A stretch of 63,068 nucleotides of DNA, filler included, from Intoshia linei (lineage: Eukaryota; Animalia; Orthonectida): NCBI GenBank assembly GCA_001642005.1. It is 3 parts of 3 records of this genome, joined end to end, with 100 filler letters (N's around TTAATTAATTAA, not from the genome) between each part and the next. Parts side by side here need not be neighbours in the genome. Positions count along the whole stretch, not along the records: positions 31,971 to 59,008 come from LWCA01000449.1; 2 more parts are not named here. One strand, 5' to 3'. Position numbers and translations under genes: made by a program. Every line of letters starts with the position of its first letter. The first letter of the stretch is position 1. The notes beneath the pieces are model-generated. The model did not search any database and was not told where the DNA came from. It saw only the letters and a list, made by a program, of their open reading frames with translations. This document shows, piece after piece, positions 37,095 to 49,300 of this stretch.

Positions 37095-39268
37095 CACACT
37101 GCACCAATTTGTTATTTAAATCATTAAAAGTTATGTATTAAACTTTAAAAATGTTCAAAACTCATAATTTTTTGTATAAAGCAGGGTTGCCAACTGCATT
37201 ATTTTCTCCCTGAGAATTCGGGTTTTCTAATTCAACTCAGGGCTCAGGGTTAAGTGATATTTCTTAGGGTAAGTTAATTATTTCAATCAATATCATCAGA
37301 TCAGACATATTTTAATTTATATTTTATAATTTTTTTCTCTAATAACCAAAATATAAGTGTCGAAAATAATTGATTTTGATCTTGTCTTTTGCGTTGTGTC
37401 ATTTTTTTTCCCTAAAGTATTCATCATGAAGTTATTCTGAAATGTGCTATTTGCTATTTGTTATGAAAAATTTAAAGTATTCATTTTGAAACTTGCAATA
37501 AAAATTGTATATAAACTTTTATTGTTTTTTGAAAGAGACCCCAAAGTAAAAGAGGGCCCACAAAAAATTTTCATGCTTCTCTGCACTTCAGCCATGCTTG
37601 GCTCAAAACTCAAGGTTAAGAATAATTAATGTTAGCAACCCTGTGATGAAATGACTTTTAATTGATGCAATTTATAATTACAAAAAAACTTTATATTTAT
37701 ATATTGCTGTAATGGTTCGAAGCTATCGGTCTGATTAAACACAATATTTCAATAAATATTTAATATTACACGTAGTACATTTATATCCACATTTGTACCA
37801 CCAACTTCACTCGGTTGATAATTATGTGAACCGTGTCCCTGGATACCGGAGATTTATTATTACAATTGCGTTTTTTTTAAATTTAAAGTGTACCAATTTA
37901 TTAGGCAAATCGTAAATGGGATTAAAAAGCGACCTAAGCGTGAACAAAAAATTGCCGGTTTACTAGCAAAAGGAAATAGTACTCTTCAAATTTCTCAATG
38001 TCTAGACGGGGGTCACCGAACTATTAAAAATTGGCTGGATGCCCCATCAAAGCAAAACGAAAGAGACAAATGCGATCGAAAAAAGGTATTGTCACCAAGA
38101 GAATTATCTCGAATTAAAAGGATCGTGTCATTAACACCACTTTCCACGAGTTCCAGCATATTCTCGTCTTGTAATGTAATAAATGTGTATAAAACGAGTC
38201 GCTGTAGGATTTTAAACTTTATTGCATCTGTACAAAAAGGCCCTAAGAAGACCTATTTTGAAACCTATCCTTTAGGAAAAACTAATAAAATAGGCTAAAA
38301 TCAATTTAGAGACAAAATCCAAAAGGTTATATTTACTGATGAGTGCAGAGCAACATTAGATGGTTTGAATGGGTAGTCAAAAGGATGGGTGTTGAATGAC
38401 GTCAAAGTGACATCAATAATACGTCGCAAACAAGGTGGTGGTGGTATGTTTTGGGCAGGTATAATCGGAAATGAAGTATTTGAACCATATAAAGTGTCCA
38501 GAGGAGTGAAAATTAATTCGAAGTTGTACTACTTAATATTTTGGCATTTTTAAATTGTTACGTAAGTTACACTGAATTCTTGGAAGAAAACTACCTTCCT
38601 TGGTTTAATTCGAAGAGTGAAGAATTTAAAAAAAAAATTAGTATTCATGCAGGATAATGCGCCTTCCATTCATCATCTCTCACAAGGACATTTCTGTCGG
38701 AAAAAAGGCATTAAGGGAACAAACTTAATGATTTTGTTTTCTAACAATCCTGACTTAAACCCAATAGAAAATTATTGGAGCATGATAAAGATGTAATAAG
38801 CTTTATAATATTTTAATAATACATTAAATATACCATTTAGAAAATTATGTGCTGCTGGTACTCACTATAACTCCCTGGATATGATATGGGATGCCATCAA
38901 GCAGGCGTCTAGTTCAATCCTACCAGAACGAGTCAAAAAGTTAACCGATTCAGTGGATGGTAAGCTTATTAAAGTCTTACAACTTCATGGGAACCATATT
39001 AAACATTAGATCTACATTTTAATGATATGTTTCGTTCCATTTATCAATATTCATTACATTTGCATAATATTTTGGTACACTTAGTATTTCTTTTATTTAG
39101 ATTATAGTTAATTCTTTTAATTTAATTGTTTATATTATTATTTTTCTAATTTTTAGTACCTGCACAGACTGTTTAAGTACATTCTCCAAAAAAATCAAAA
39201 AATTTACTTTACTTTTTATTATGTTTTAACTATTTTTTAATATCTACATAACAAATTGGTACAGTGTG
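37095..39268 (+). mobile_element. Full-length but decayed Tc1 transposon, DD37E (TRT-like), transposase with two introns
   Basis: TIR CACACTGCACCAATTTGTTAT / ATAACAAATTGGTACAGTGTG with TA TSD. Motifs IFTDEC, FMQDNAPS and PDLNPIE, with 37 residues between D and E. Stop at about 39009; frameshifts present. Confidence 0.93.
37182..37643. mobile_element. hAT-type MITE nested in the Tc1 left end
   Basis: TIR CAGGGTTGCCAAC / GTTAGCAACCCTG. Absent from the homologous site in the Tc1 copy at about 3090. Confidence 0.85.
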
Positions 39269-39902
39269 TAATTCTTAGAGTCTAAGTCTTCGACTGTATT
39301 ATTTTAAAAAATATATTTTAGCATTACCGAAAGAAAAAGAAGTATAACAATGGGGATAATGCCTTTTTAAATGATTATCTTCATAAATAAAATATATACA
39401 TTTTGGTTGTAATGGAAAATGTTATTATACGATAATACTAATCAACAAAAATCTTTCTGTCATATCACTATATATCTGTAGTTTTTTCTTGGCATTGCGA
39501 TTACTGTTTCAATATCTATAAATTATTAGTTTCATATTTATCATAATTTTCCATTAGATCGAAATCACGCATAATAGCGAAGAATTTAGTTAAATGTAGA
39601 TGAAAACTGTTGTCCAAATAGTCGAGAAATGCGTAGTGAGCCAATTTTATGAAAATAAAAAATAAAATAATTAGTCCAAGACATTGTAAAATAGTGATGA
39701 TTAATCAGAAAAAATTAAGTAAAAACATTTTCTTTCAATTTTAAAACAACCAGTACATAAATGCATTTCAGAATTGAGTTGACTTTTTTTTGAGGAAAAA
39801 CTTATTCTAGTATTAATTTTTTGAACATGTAAGTTATTACTCCTTGACTATCCAGAAGAATACAATTATTCCTATTCAATTGGGCAACCGATAATTATAA
39901 TT

Positions 39903-40267
39903 CGGTCACACTAAACAGTGAATCCCCAAGCAACCTTGCAATAAATAATTAACACTGTCCGACAAAATTGACTTTTTTTTTTGATCTGGATAAAATTATA
40001 ATAGTATTATAGATAATTTCAGAGTGAACAAAATGATATAACTCTTGTTATATGAATCGCTCAACTTTTTGAAATAATCAGGTAATAGCTTTGTTGCTTT
40101 AGGGTTTTCCTTAAGTTAAGGTTGGTAAAAAAGGATTTTTGAATAATGGATATTAAAAAAATTTAAAATTAAAAAAAATTCTTCATAATGACTGATTCAG
40201 ACTATTTTTTACTGTGATTCACTATTTAGAATTTTTTTTTACTGTGATTCACTGTTTAGTGAGACCC
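39903..40267. mobile_element. MITE with 9-bp TSD (Mutator/Merlin-like)
   Basis: 22-bp TIR (C/G)GGTC(A/T)CACTAAACAGTGAATC; perfect TSD ATTATAATT. Confidence 0.85.
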
Positions 40268-40876
40268 ATTATAATTTATTCATTTTTGTGTTAATTAAAC
40301 ATTTACCGGAAAACACGGTTTTTCGAATATTGTATTTCTGTCAACCGGTTTTTCAAAAAAAAAACTTGGCAACTCTAATTTCCACCCATATTTATTATTC
40401 TTTTTGAAATTGTAGGACCGTTAATTATTTAGAATTTTTTGTTTTACTTGTTAATATTATAGTTTCGAAATAAAAAAAAATGAATACTAAAGTGCTTTTT
40501 TGACCGTAAGGCGTCACTTTGTCAGATTGAAATTTTTTGTGTGATTTAACAGGATATAACTGATTTTTTCTCAAAGATTACCTTACAACCCAAAACGAAA
40601 AGATGTAGTGTTATAATAATTATACCACTATAATTGTTAGTTTTATTATAATAACTTAAATTCTACTAATTAAATCTGTCCAACAGATAAGACAGATAAT
40701 CTCATACAGGTAACTTATCGCTACAAATGTTTTTCAGTAATGCCTATATCCCTGAATATAAGCAATAATGAAAATATTTTACGATACAAAATAAACTTGT
40801 TTCAATTCAAAATGGGAATACGCAATGTGATTCAAATTTTGAGTACACAATATTTAACTTTATTGCAAATTATATA

Positions 40877-41991
40877 ATGTTATCTGAAATAAAAATATTT
40901 CCACATTTGTCGGATATTGAGTTTAAGGCTTATTTTTTCACAGTTTTATCTTCCTTCATAGTAATATTGAACAACAAATTATTATGACGCTAAATTTAGT
41001 TTTTTACAGGATGGATGTTTGCAATTGGATTTGCATATTACTACCCATATGAACATGAATTTCCTAAAGCTTCTCAAATTCTAGGAGTTTCTTCTACCAT
41101 CGGAATGATATTGTAATATAATTTACGTTAAAATGTATTTAACATTAGAATTAATATATGTGATCTTACCGTTTTAACTAATTCATATGCGATTAGTGAC
41201 AGTTTTCTGAGTCATAGAGGTAATTTACAAACGTATAATGTTTTATTATTTTGTAGCCACTCAATTTATTTTCTTTATTGGCTGCGTTCTTTGTTTATCA
41301 AGTCTTATAGGATCTTTATGGTTCTTTGTTCAAAATTATATCTTATCTGGTTTTATTTTATTAATATTTTGTTCATTATAATGTTAGATCTATTTATTGG
41401 TCCCGGAATAGCGATCGTTGTACAAAATGTATTTATTATTTTAGGGTATGATTATTTAATTATGATACGTGTATGTTAAAAAAGTATTTGTATATAATTG
41501 ATACTTTTGTTGTACACTGTATTCTTACATTATTCTGAAACAGGGTCGTGTAGAGAGCATATGGCCCGGATCTACAATATTGAGAACCTATTTTTTTAAT
41601 TTATTAATAGGTAATGTTGGAAAGTTTCTTAAATATACCAAAATTATCGTATAATAAAATGTTCTATTAACAGTCCAACCTTTAATTTTATTTTTAATTT
41701 TTACATAATAAATGATTGATTAAGCTATATATAGATGGATAATTTTTAAAAAAAATTTTATACAGAGATATGTAGAGGATTTCTTGAATAAACTGGCATA
41801 CATTTTAACAATTTTACTTTATATAAGTAAGGAAAACAATATCTATCTGGCCCTGACCTACTGCTGGCTCTCCACGACCCTGTTCTGACTAGGTGTAATA
41901 TATATATTTTGCAACATACTGTATGCATATTTTTAATTTAAGGTGTCTTTCTTTGCGGTATGGTACCAATTGCATCACCGATGAAATGTAA
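40877..41991 (+). CDS. TMEM50: TMEM50 / Vps68 family membrane protein (only fragments appear in the ORF track)
   Basis: Six short exons give FFTGWMFAI..YP..EF..GVSSTIGMILIN..FIGCVL..SLIGSLW..PGIAIVVQNVFIILG..RYG. Confidence 0.88.
41541..41882. mobile_element. hAT MITE (family of 7226-8806) in a TMEM50 intron
   Basis: TIR CAGGGTCGTGTAGAG / CTCTCCACGACCCTG; TSD TTCTGAAA / TTCTGACT. Confidence 0.85.
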
Positions 41992-42463
41992 ACTTGAAAT
42001 TTAAATGTATTTGTAATAAACTTAATATTTATGAATTAAAAATTGTTATTGCAAACAAAAAATACCTGAGTCTGGTATTGATATAATGAATTAAAATTTC
42101 TAATAATTATTGAAATTAATAAACATTTTATGGGCTATAACAAAATTTCTCGCTTTAATGGATGTTAAAGTGTGAATGTTTAAATCAGTGATTTGTAAGT
42201 GGATACAGAAAAATTTTATCTTTATATCTTTTTTCAGATCGCTTCAAAATTCATTACGTATTTGAAATATTTTCTAAAAATTACTGAGCATGGGGCGATT
42301 CGCTCATTTAGCATTACACTTTACATTTAGCTGAATTTAAGTTTCCAATTTTTACTGGATACCGGAGCTTTATGATTAATAATCATACCGATCTGTGAAT
42401 CGTATATTCTTTAAATTACATAGATATTTCCAAGACAAATGTAATTTGAATAGATATTTATTT

Positions 42464-44919
42464 ATGTATTCAAAGGACAGTGATTTATTAAAAAACGTAA
42501 AATTGAATGAAAAAAGTAGTGAATTATTTGAGATAAACGTCAATGTTTTTTTCGATTTGGAAAAATGTTTGGAATGGATAAAAAACAATAAATTAAAAAA
42601 GGTATTAAAACACGTACGCTATAACTTAATTAGGTAGGTATACAATTAAATCAATTGGCAATAAAGTATTCACTTCAAATTTATGAAAAACTGAAATTTG
42701 AACAAGTCGAAATATACGTCATTTGTGATTCTATTTTCAAAGGGTAACCTTTAAAATTACTTATAAGTACAGTGAACGTGAAATTATTATTTTAAGATCA
42801 TATATCAAGTTTAATTAACTCGATTGATAATAATTAAAATAAACTATTCATTTTTAGCTGCTGTACAGATTATATTTCAGCTGAACATGTACCATGTGAC
42901 GGTATAATACAATTTGGAAAGGCATGTTTAACATGTAAGAATGAAATCATACCAACCCTAAATATTTTTGGAAAAGTTCCATTTTTAAATGATATTCAAA
43001 ATTTGCTCAAATATATACCAAAGTTTGTTGATGAAAATGAATGCATTTTGCTGTACATTGATGTTGATATATACCATCTTTTAGGTACATTTTAATTTCA
43101 ATTTAGTTTTTTATTCAATCCTTTCAAATAGATGATTTTACAATCCAATTATTAAAATTATTTAAAAAAGTTTATCCAATGAAAATTAGTAAAGATGATA
43201 CTATATTGGGAAGACATGTGTCTTTAGAAAACATGAAAGACTCTGGTGGAGTGTTGTATATAGGCGAGGATATTGAAACCCTTTACTCTGTATCCTTATA
43301 CTTTTCAACCAAACAAATTGCATATTTAAACATGAACCCTCCCGAAACTACAGATTTAAATTCTACTGATGATTTTAACTATCAAAACATTAATTATATT
43401 GATTTCGAAGTATCTATTTGCGGGACTGTAAATACTAGTAATTTAATTAGCAAAAGATATTTTGTTATCGATAAATGCAAATCTGCCAAATTTATAGGAA
43501 TTATGATTGGAAATTTACACACTATAGATACCTTAAAGTATGTACAATCTTTGAAAAGGTTACTGAAGCTTTGCGGTAAATCTGTTTACATTATATATAC
43601 TGGACGCCCCAACATTCCAAAATGCGCCAATTTTGTAGATATCGAAGTTTTTGTGTATCTTTCTTGCTTTTCCAGTTTTATTTACAATTCTAAAGAGTTT
43701 ATTGCACCTATTGCATCTTTACATGAACTTTTACTCTCCTGTATACCAAGCGATACTGTGGATATAGGGTGGAACAGTTTTATATGTATGGATATTCAAT
43801 CCATAGGTACTGTTGAACTAATTGTATCAGGTTATTTCATTTTAGATATACATTTATACGAAAAATACATAAACGTTGCAAATAATGATTCTGATGATGA
43901 ATTGGAAGTAAAAAAAGAAAAATCACTAATTTTTCAAAAAAATTATATGATAAAAGCAAACGAAACTGGTATCTTTTTTTAACTTTTTCACCATTCGCCG
44001 TACTACTTGTTGTAAATTTGAAATCTTTTATATTTGTTGCTGTTTGGTGTAGTTCAAGATTTTTCAAGGGAATCCCGGACATCTTAAACAAAAAGAAAAA
44101 GGTTAGACGCGAATATTAATTTCTAAAGTTGATTCTGAGTGTTAAGTTATATTTACGTTCAATGTATATTTTTTAAATAAAGTCAAATTTGGAAATCGAG
44201 AGCTCGATGTTTATAAGGTACCAAACTACATGATTTTGACAATATTTTCAAAGATTTCACTAATATAAAATTATTGATCGCATGTACTTTTTATGTCCAT
44301 TTTTTGGTGGGGAGCGCCGGTTGAAAAACAATTGTATATATATGATGGCAACCAAATAAAATGTGGTTAAGTTAATTTTGAGATTATATTTGAAAATTAT
44401 TTTTAGGTGTTTTAATAAAAAAATTATTATCAGCCCTCCAATTGAAACAAAAGCTAAAATTTGTACCTATAGGAGTGAAAATGATTAATATTTTTCAGAA
44501 AGTTTTACAATGATACGCAAGTGAACCATGTTTTCATATAAAATCTAATTCTTTTATTATTTTTTAACATGTATAATTTTTGGAGTGTTTAAAAATACCT
44601 CAAGAGTGTATTTTTAACACGAAAACGCACCTTTTGTCATGGTATATATGATGTTTCTTAACTTATTTTTCCAAAATAAATTTCAACTAAAAATATATCC
44701 TTAATAATAAATAAACCATCCTTACTCGTGCACGACTGTTATATAATTTTGGATAACCTTAATATTTTCTATTTAGCTGCTTCATTATTAGCAAACAAGC
44801 ATTTTTCTGGATTGGATCCTAATTTTGAAAAAAGTGAACCGGCTGTATTAAGTGAGGGTAAATGTGGCTGTGCCTCATTGTATGAAAATGATATATCCTT
44901 GTTAAATAATTCAAAGTAA
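42464..44919 (+). CDS. DPH2: Diphthamide biosynthesis protein 2
   Basis: CCTDYISAEH..IIQFGKACL, KRYFVIDKCK..IGIMIG, GRPNIPKCANF..EVFV, and C-terminal AASLL..FSGL..EG.CG.A..YE. Confidence 0.9.
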
Positions 44920-44931
44920 TGTTAATGTTTA

Positions 44932-46742
44932 TTAAACTTTTTGTACAATAAGTCCATGCCAAATATCCAACGTGTTGATGGAAGGGTAAATAGTCTTAAT
45001 TAAATTTGGACAATTTTTAGCATAATTGAGGTTGCCAGTTTCACATACTTTTAAATATCCGTATTCATCAATACCACAAATTGTAAACTCAATTTTATTT
45101 CCATCATTATATATCATTGTTTTTTCGTCTCTTAAATGCAATATAATGTAGAGGTAAACATAATTACTTGTGCATCCATAAATTATAGTATCTTCTGTAA
45201 AAGCGCTCGTGTCCGTGTATTTCAAATTCATTAATAATTTCGTCAAACGTATCTAAAGTTTTTGCCAAAATAACCTCCTTTGTTAATCGAACATGGTTAA
45301 TTAAATCAATCAGACAAAGAGTGGGCTGTTTATTTGTGAAGTTAAAACCACAACCAAAAAAATATTAAAATTGTTAAATAATGTTACTTGATGTGATTAA
45401 AGTAGAAGACACAAGCGATTGTGCTTGAACTATGACGCCACCAATTTTAGCAATACGTTTGTAATAAATGTCATTGGGCCATTTCAAACGCAGCCCAGAA
45501 TCCTGAATAAATGTATACTATGGAATGTGTACTTTACGTAGTTTATAATAGAATTGATGGATTCAACAATAGCACAAGAAAGCATGTGTTGAATAAGACA
45601 TGCGTATTTTACGATCCTGGAGGTTGTCCCGAATCTTTTTATAACGGTAAATACCAGTTGACCTCTTTAAAAATTACATAAATGGTATAGTTTTTAACCT
45701 GTTGCTTATCCACTTATCCGAACTTCGACCTAATAAATGTATAATGAAAAAAAATTTATAACCCACTCCACACGTTTGTTCATTAGCGGAAATAAGAATG
45801 TCAGTATCAACAGTGCAATATTTTTCAAAATAACTAAACTATGTCAATAATCATTGATATCATACTTTTGAGATATTTTGAGAGTGGACCCTACTGAGTC
45901 TGCATAGCAAATAATGGGACATTTATCTTTTTTATGCAATGAGTTGAGGAATAGAGGTAAATCAAAACCAAACTTATGGAATTGGTCCATTTGACATTCA
46001 TTTCCCAACATAACATCATATAAATGTGATTCTTCGCAGTTTTCGAGTTCTTTTAAATCATTAGAAAGTTCCTAATTTTGGTTACATTTAAAACAAAAAA
46101 CCCGTTTTACCTTTTTATAATCAATCAAAAACATTTTAGACTTGGTTTTTATCTGTTTTGGAGCACATTCTTTAAATTGTAATTTTGGGAATTTTTCCAG
46201 TTGAGAAATTAATAGATTTGTCAAATTAACAGCTTCATTTTCTTTTACCTATACGCTAAACATTGAGTAAAAAATGAACTTACATCGTTGAGTATAAAGT
46301 AAGACTCATTCAAATTGAACGATGATGTATCCGCTATGGCATCTTGTCGAGTATCAATATTTTTTAGTTTTGCAGAAAATGTACTTTTACAGTTTTTGTT
46401 ACAACAAATTTTACAATCTTGCATTCTTTTATCTCTCAAACAAATCACCGTTTTAGGGTGTTTTTCACTTATAATTCCGTCTGATTTAATATCCAAAAAG
46501 TTTTTTCTGTGCAAAAAATTGTATATACAATTATTCAAATCAAATGAACACACCCTAAGATTGTATATTAACATAACGGAAGCTTTCCTAAGCCATTGTC
46601 CAGACAATAGCTGTTTTTCTGTAATAGGGCTCATAATGTTACTTTCATAAGGTAATTTTGAATTTAGCGAGCATTCTAAATCTTTCGGGAGCTGGTAAGT
46701 ATAAATGTGCACTGGTAACGTTCTACCCATTATTTTTACCAT
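44932..46742 (-). CDS. HLCS: Holocarboxylase synthetase / biotin-protein ligase
   Basis: ANEQTCGVGRS..W, LRLKWPNDIYY..KIGGVIV, CGFNFTN..PTLCL, YY.LWMH, GIDEYGYLKV. Confidence 0.9.
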
Positions 46743-46986
46743 TTTTTAATTTAATCGATTATATATTGTTTGTTGTCATGCCATTAATACTGAAATTTAT
46801 TAATATTTATTTATATTTATGCAATTTAAATTGCAATTATAATTTGGGATATACTGGGCACCATTTTTTGTGTATTGCCAATTTTTATTGAAATATTGCA
46901 TTCTTTATTAAGATTTACTATTGCGATAATGAAGTTTAAACCTTTAATACAGCTCAGTTAAAAGTTTCGTTTATTTTACTATACTT

Positions 46987-47309
46987 CAGTACTTCCAACC
47001 GATATGTCGCGAAAACTTTAAAATTTTATTTAATTTTTTTTTGAAATTTATAAAATATTCTTTATTGGTGAAATCATAAGTGAGCAGAAAAAATACGTAC
47101 TAACAATATTAGTTTATTTAGTGTAAATTTTAAGTTTTAATTAGTGTAAATTGGAAAATCATGGTTATGTATATTTGAGCTAAAAATGATTTGAAAAAAA
47201 TTGGTTTAACTGTATTTATTAATCAATCATTTATTTTTCTGATTTGTGTGTCGCTAAATTTTTTGAGATTGAAATTTGTGTTTCCATCAAAAATGGTTAG
47301 AAAGCACTG
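46987..47309. mobile_element. hAT (Buster-type) MITE
   Basis: CAGTACTTCCAACC / GGTTAGAAAGCACTG; TSD CTATACTT / CTATACCT. Confidence 0.8.
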
Positions 47310-47449
47310 CTATACCTATTTATATTTTTTCATCAGAAATATATCATAAAGTAGATTCAGAGCCTAACTATTGTATTTAATATTAATTAACGTATTGAAT
47401 AAGCGACGATATATGTTTCCGACACGTAAAGCCTCAAAAATGTTAAGTA

Positions 47450-48699
47450 TTCAGTATAAGTGTAATAATTCCATACAGTTTACACTCTCTGGTAAGACAT
47501 TTAATAGATCAGTTCTATATATATATTCCAATAATTTCTGAATTGAATTACATTTCTTAAAATCTTCATCAGCGTATATATATTTTAATTGATGATTAAT
47601 AAGAGGATATATCAAAAATATCAGGATACATTGAGTTCAACGCCGATATATGATGAGTCGGAAATAAAACAGAAAATTCATTGAATTTGGTGATATCAAT
47701 TAATTCGAAAAAATTGTATTCTTACATAAAAGCAAATCTTTCTCTTAAAGTAACTAGTACATTATCTACAATTTCGAAAAATTTTTCTTTATAATTGATC
47801 TGCCTTCGTGGTAGTGTTACATGATAATCAATGTTATTAGAATTTAAAATATTACGTGTCCGTTCAATAATACCTTAGAAATGTTCATCAGTACGTAACG
47901 CTTCAACAAATTTAACAAATTCTTTAATTTTAGATTGTCCAAATTTCATATTTAATTTTTTCATCTGTAATATGTCAAACAAAATGCCAGCATTAGACAA
48001 TATATCATCGAAACAATTAAGAAAGAAAACAAAGGTAAAGTCGTTCAATTTTCCCAACAATGTCTCAGCTAAAAATAAGTTATCATTATCCCATGATTGA
48101 GTATTATTAAGAAAATCTTGGAATACATTTAAGGAATTCTTTATATATGATACTGTTCGGCATCTATAACACCACCGTGTTTCAGATACGGATGGAATGC
48201 TAATTTTATAAGTGCGTAAAATATAAATATTTGTAAAATTGCTATAATCTATTTTAATTATTGAGTAATTTTACTCTTCATTTTTGAATTATGAGTAGAA
48301 TTGAATATAACTAAGAAACAACATTTATTGGTTGTATTTCATATATAAATTCCAGACAAATAATAATAATGAGAATTTTTTATTTATTTGCTCATACTTA
48401 ACTTAAGCCTTAGGTTAAGTTTTATGATCGTCAAGCAATTCTGTACATTATTGGTGTGTAGAAAATTGTCAAAAATTCTATAATTTTTATGAAATATACA
48501 TTTATTAGTAATAAATTATTACGTTATGCTTTTTATTGATTGTTTATTAGTATTTTAAAGCCAAATCACTGAGTAATATTTTCTCATTATAATTTAAAAA
48601 TATTAAAATTAAAAATATTGTGAAATTATTAAATTTAGCAACTCTCAAAATGTCTACTCGTGCTGAGCACGAGTGGCACGAGGTGGAGAATTGCCACTG
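47450..48699 (-). mobile_element. Degenerate hAT transposon (terminus plus transposase remnant)
   Basis: CAGTGGCAATTC terminus at 48699; IPSVSETRW..FTFVFFL..LFDILQ remnant with stops. Confidence 0.75.
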
Positions 48700-48716
48700 A
48701 TCAATATAATATTAAT

Positions 48717-49300
48717 TTAACTAATAATTACCTGAACAGATACAGCCTGCAATACATCATCGATGATGATTACGTTGTTGAGATTTATTGGTAAAATATT
48801 CAAATCTTTTACATGGATGCCCATGATGATCTGACACGAATCTCTATAAAATCTTTTTTTGAAGAATTTATTATCTTGATCAAATTTTTTTATAATGACA
48901 TCTGCATAAGATTTCGATGAAGCTGTAAAGAGTACCAATTTATACATACGGCTCATTGTTTCAAGAAATTCCACCAAGTGAGGTCTCATTTTGATATAGT
49001 ATAATCTACCGTACAAAGTTATGGTAAAGTCAAAATTTTCGTTAAACGTTTTACTTGAAAAGATCAATGTACAGTCCAAATCTAAAACTAGTGTTTTTTT
49101 TTAAACCATTTTCATTATTGAGATTGCATTCGTCCATGTGTGCACCGTATATGTTTTGGTATACAAAACTAATACTTTTTGAAATAACATCCCTAAAATA
49201 AGAATAAAATGGTATAAATAATAATACATTTACGATTTATAATATTCAATCTTGTACTGTTGATTTTGAAAACTGCAAAGATGGAAAGGGTTTTCAATAT
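48717..49300 (-). pseudogene. CTDSPL2/SCP-like NIF-domain phosphatase, apparently truncated
   Basis: TLVLDLDCTL..RPHLVEFLE..LFTAS..YAD..YRDSC..VKDL..IIIDD. There is a frame break in an A-run before the DxDxT motif, and the last exon was not found. Confidence 0.65.

Larger units (their letters stand above)
36810..39296. mobile_element. Tigger-type MITE interrupted by the Tc1 element
   Basis: TA|CAGTCTAAGTCCTT ... AAGTCTTCGACTG|TA termini flank the Tc1 insertion. Confidence 0.55.

Noticed and set aside
39320-39660. Possible small minus-strand exons
   Set aside because: I could not assemble a coherent frame or recognise any homology.
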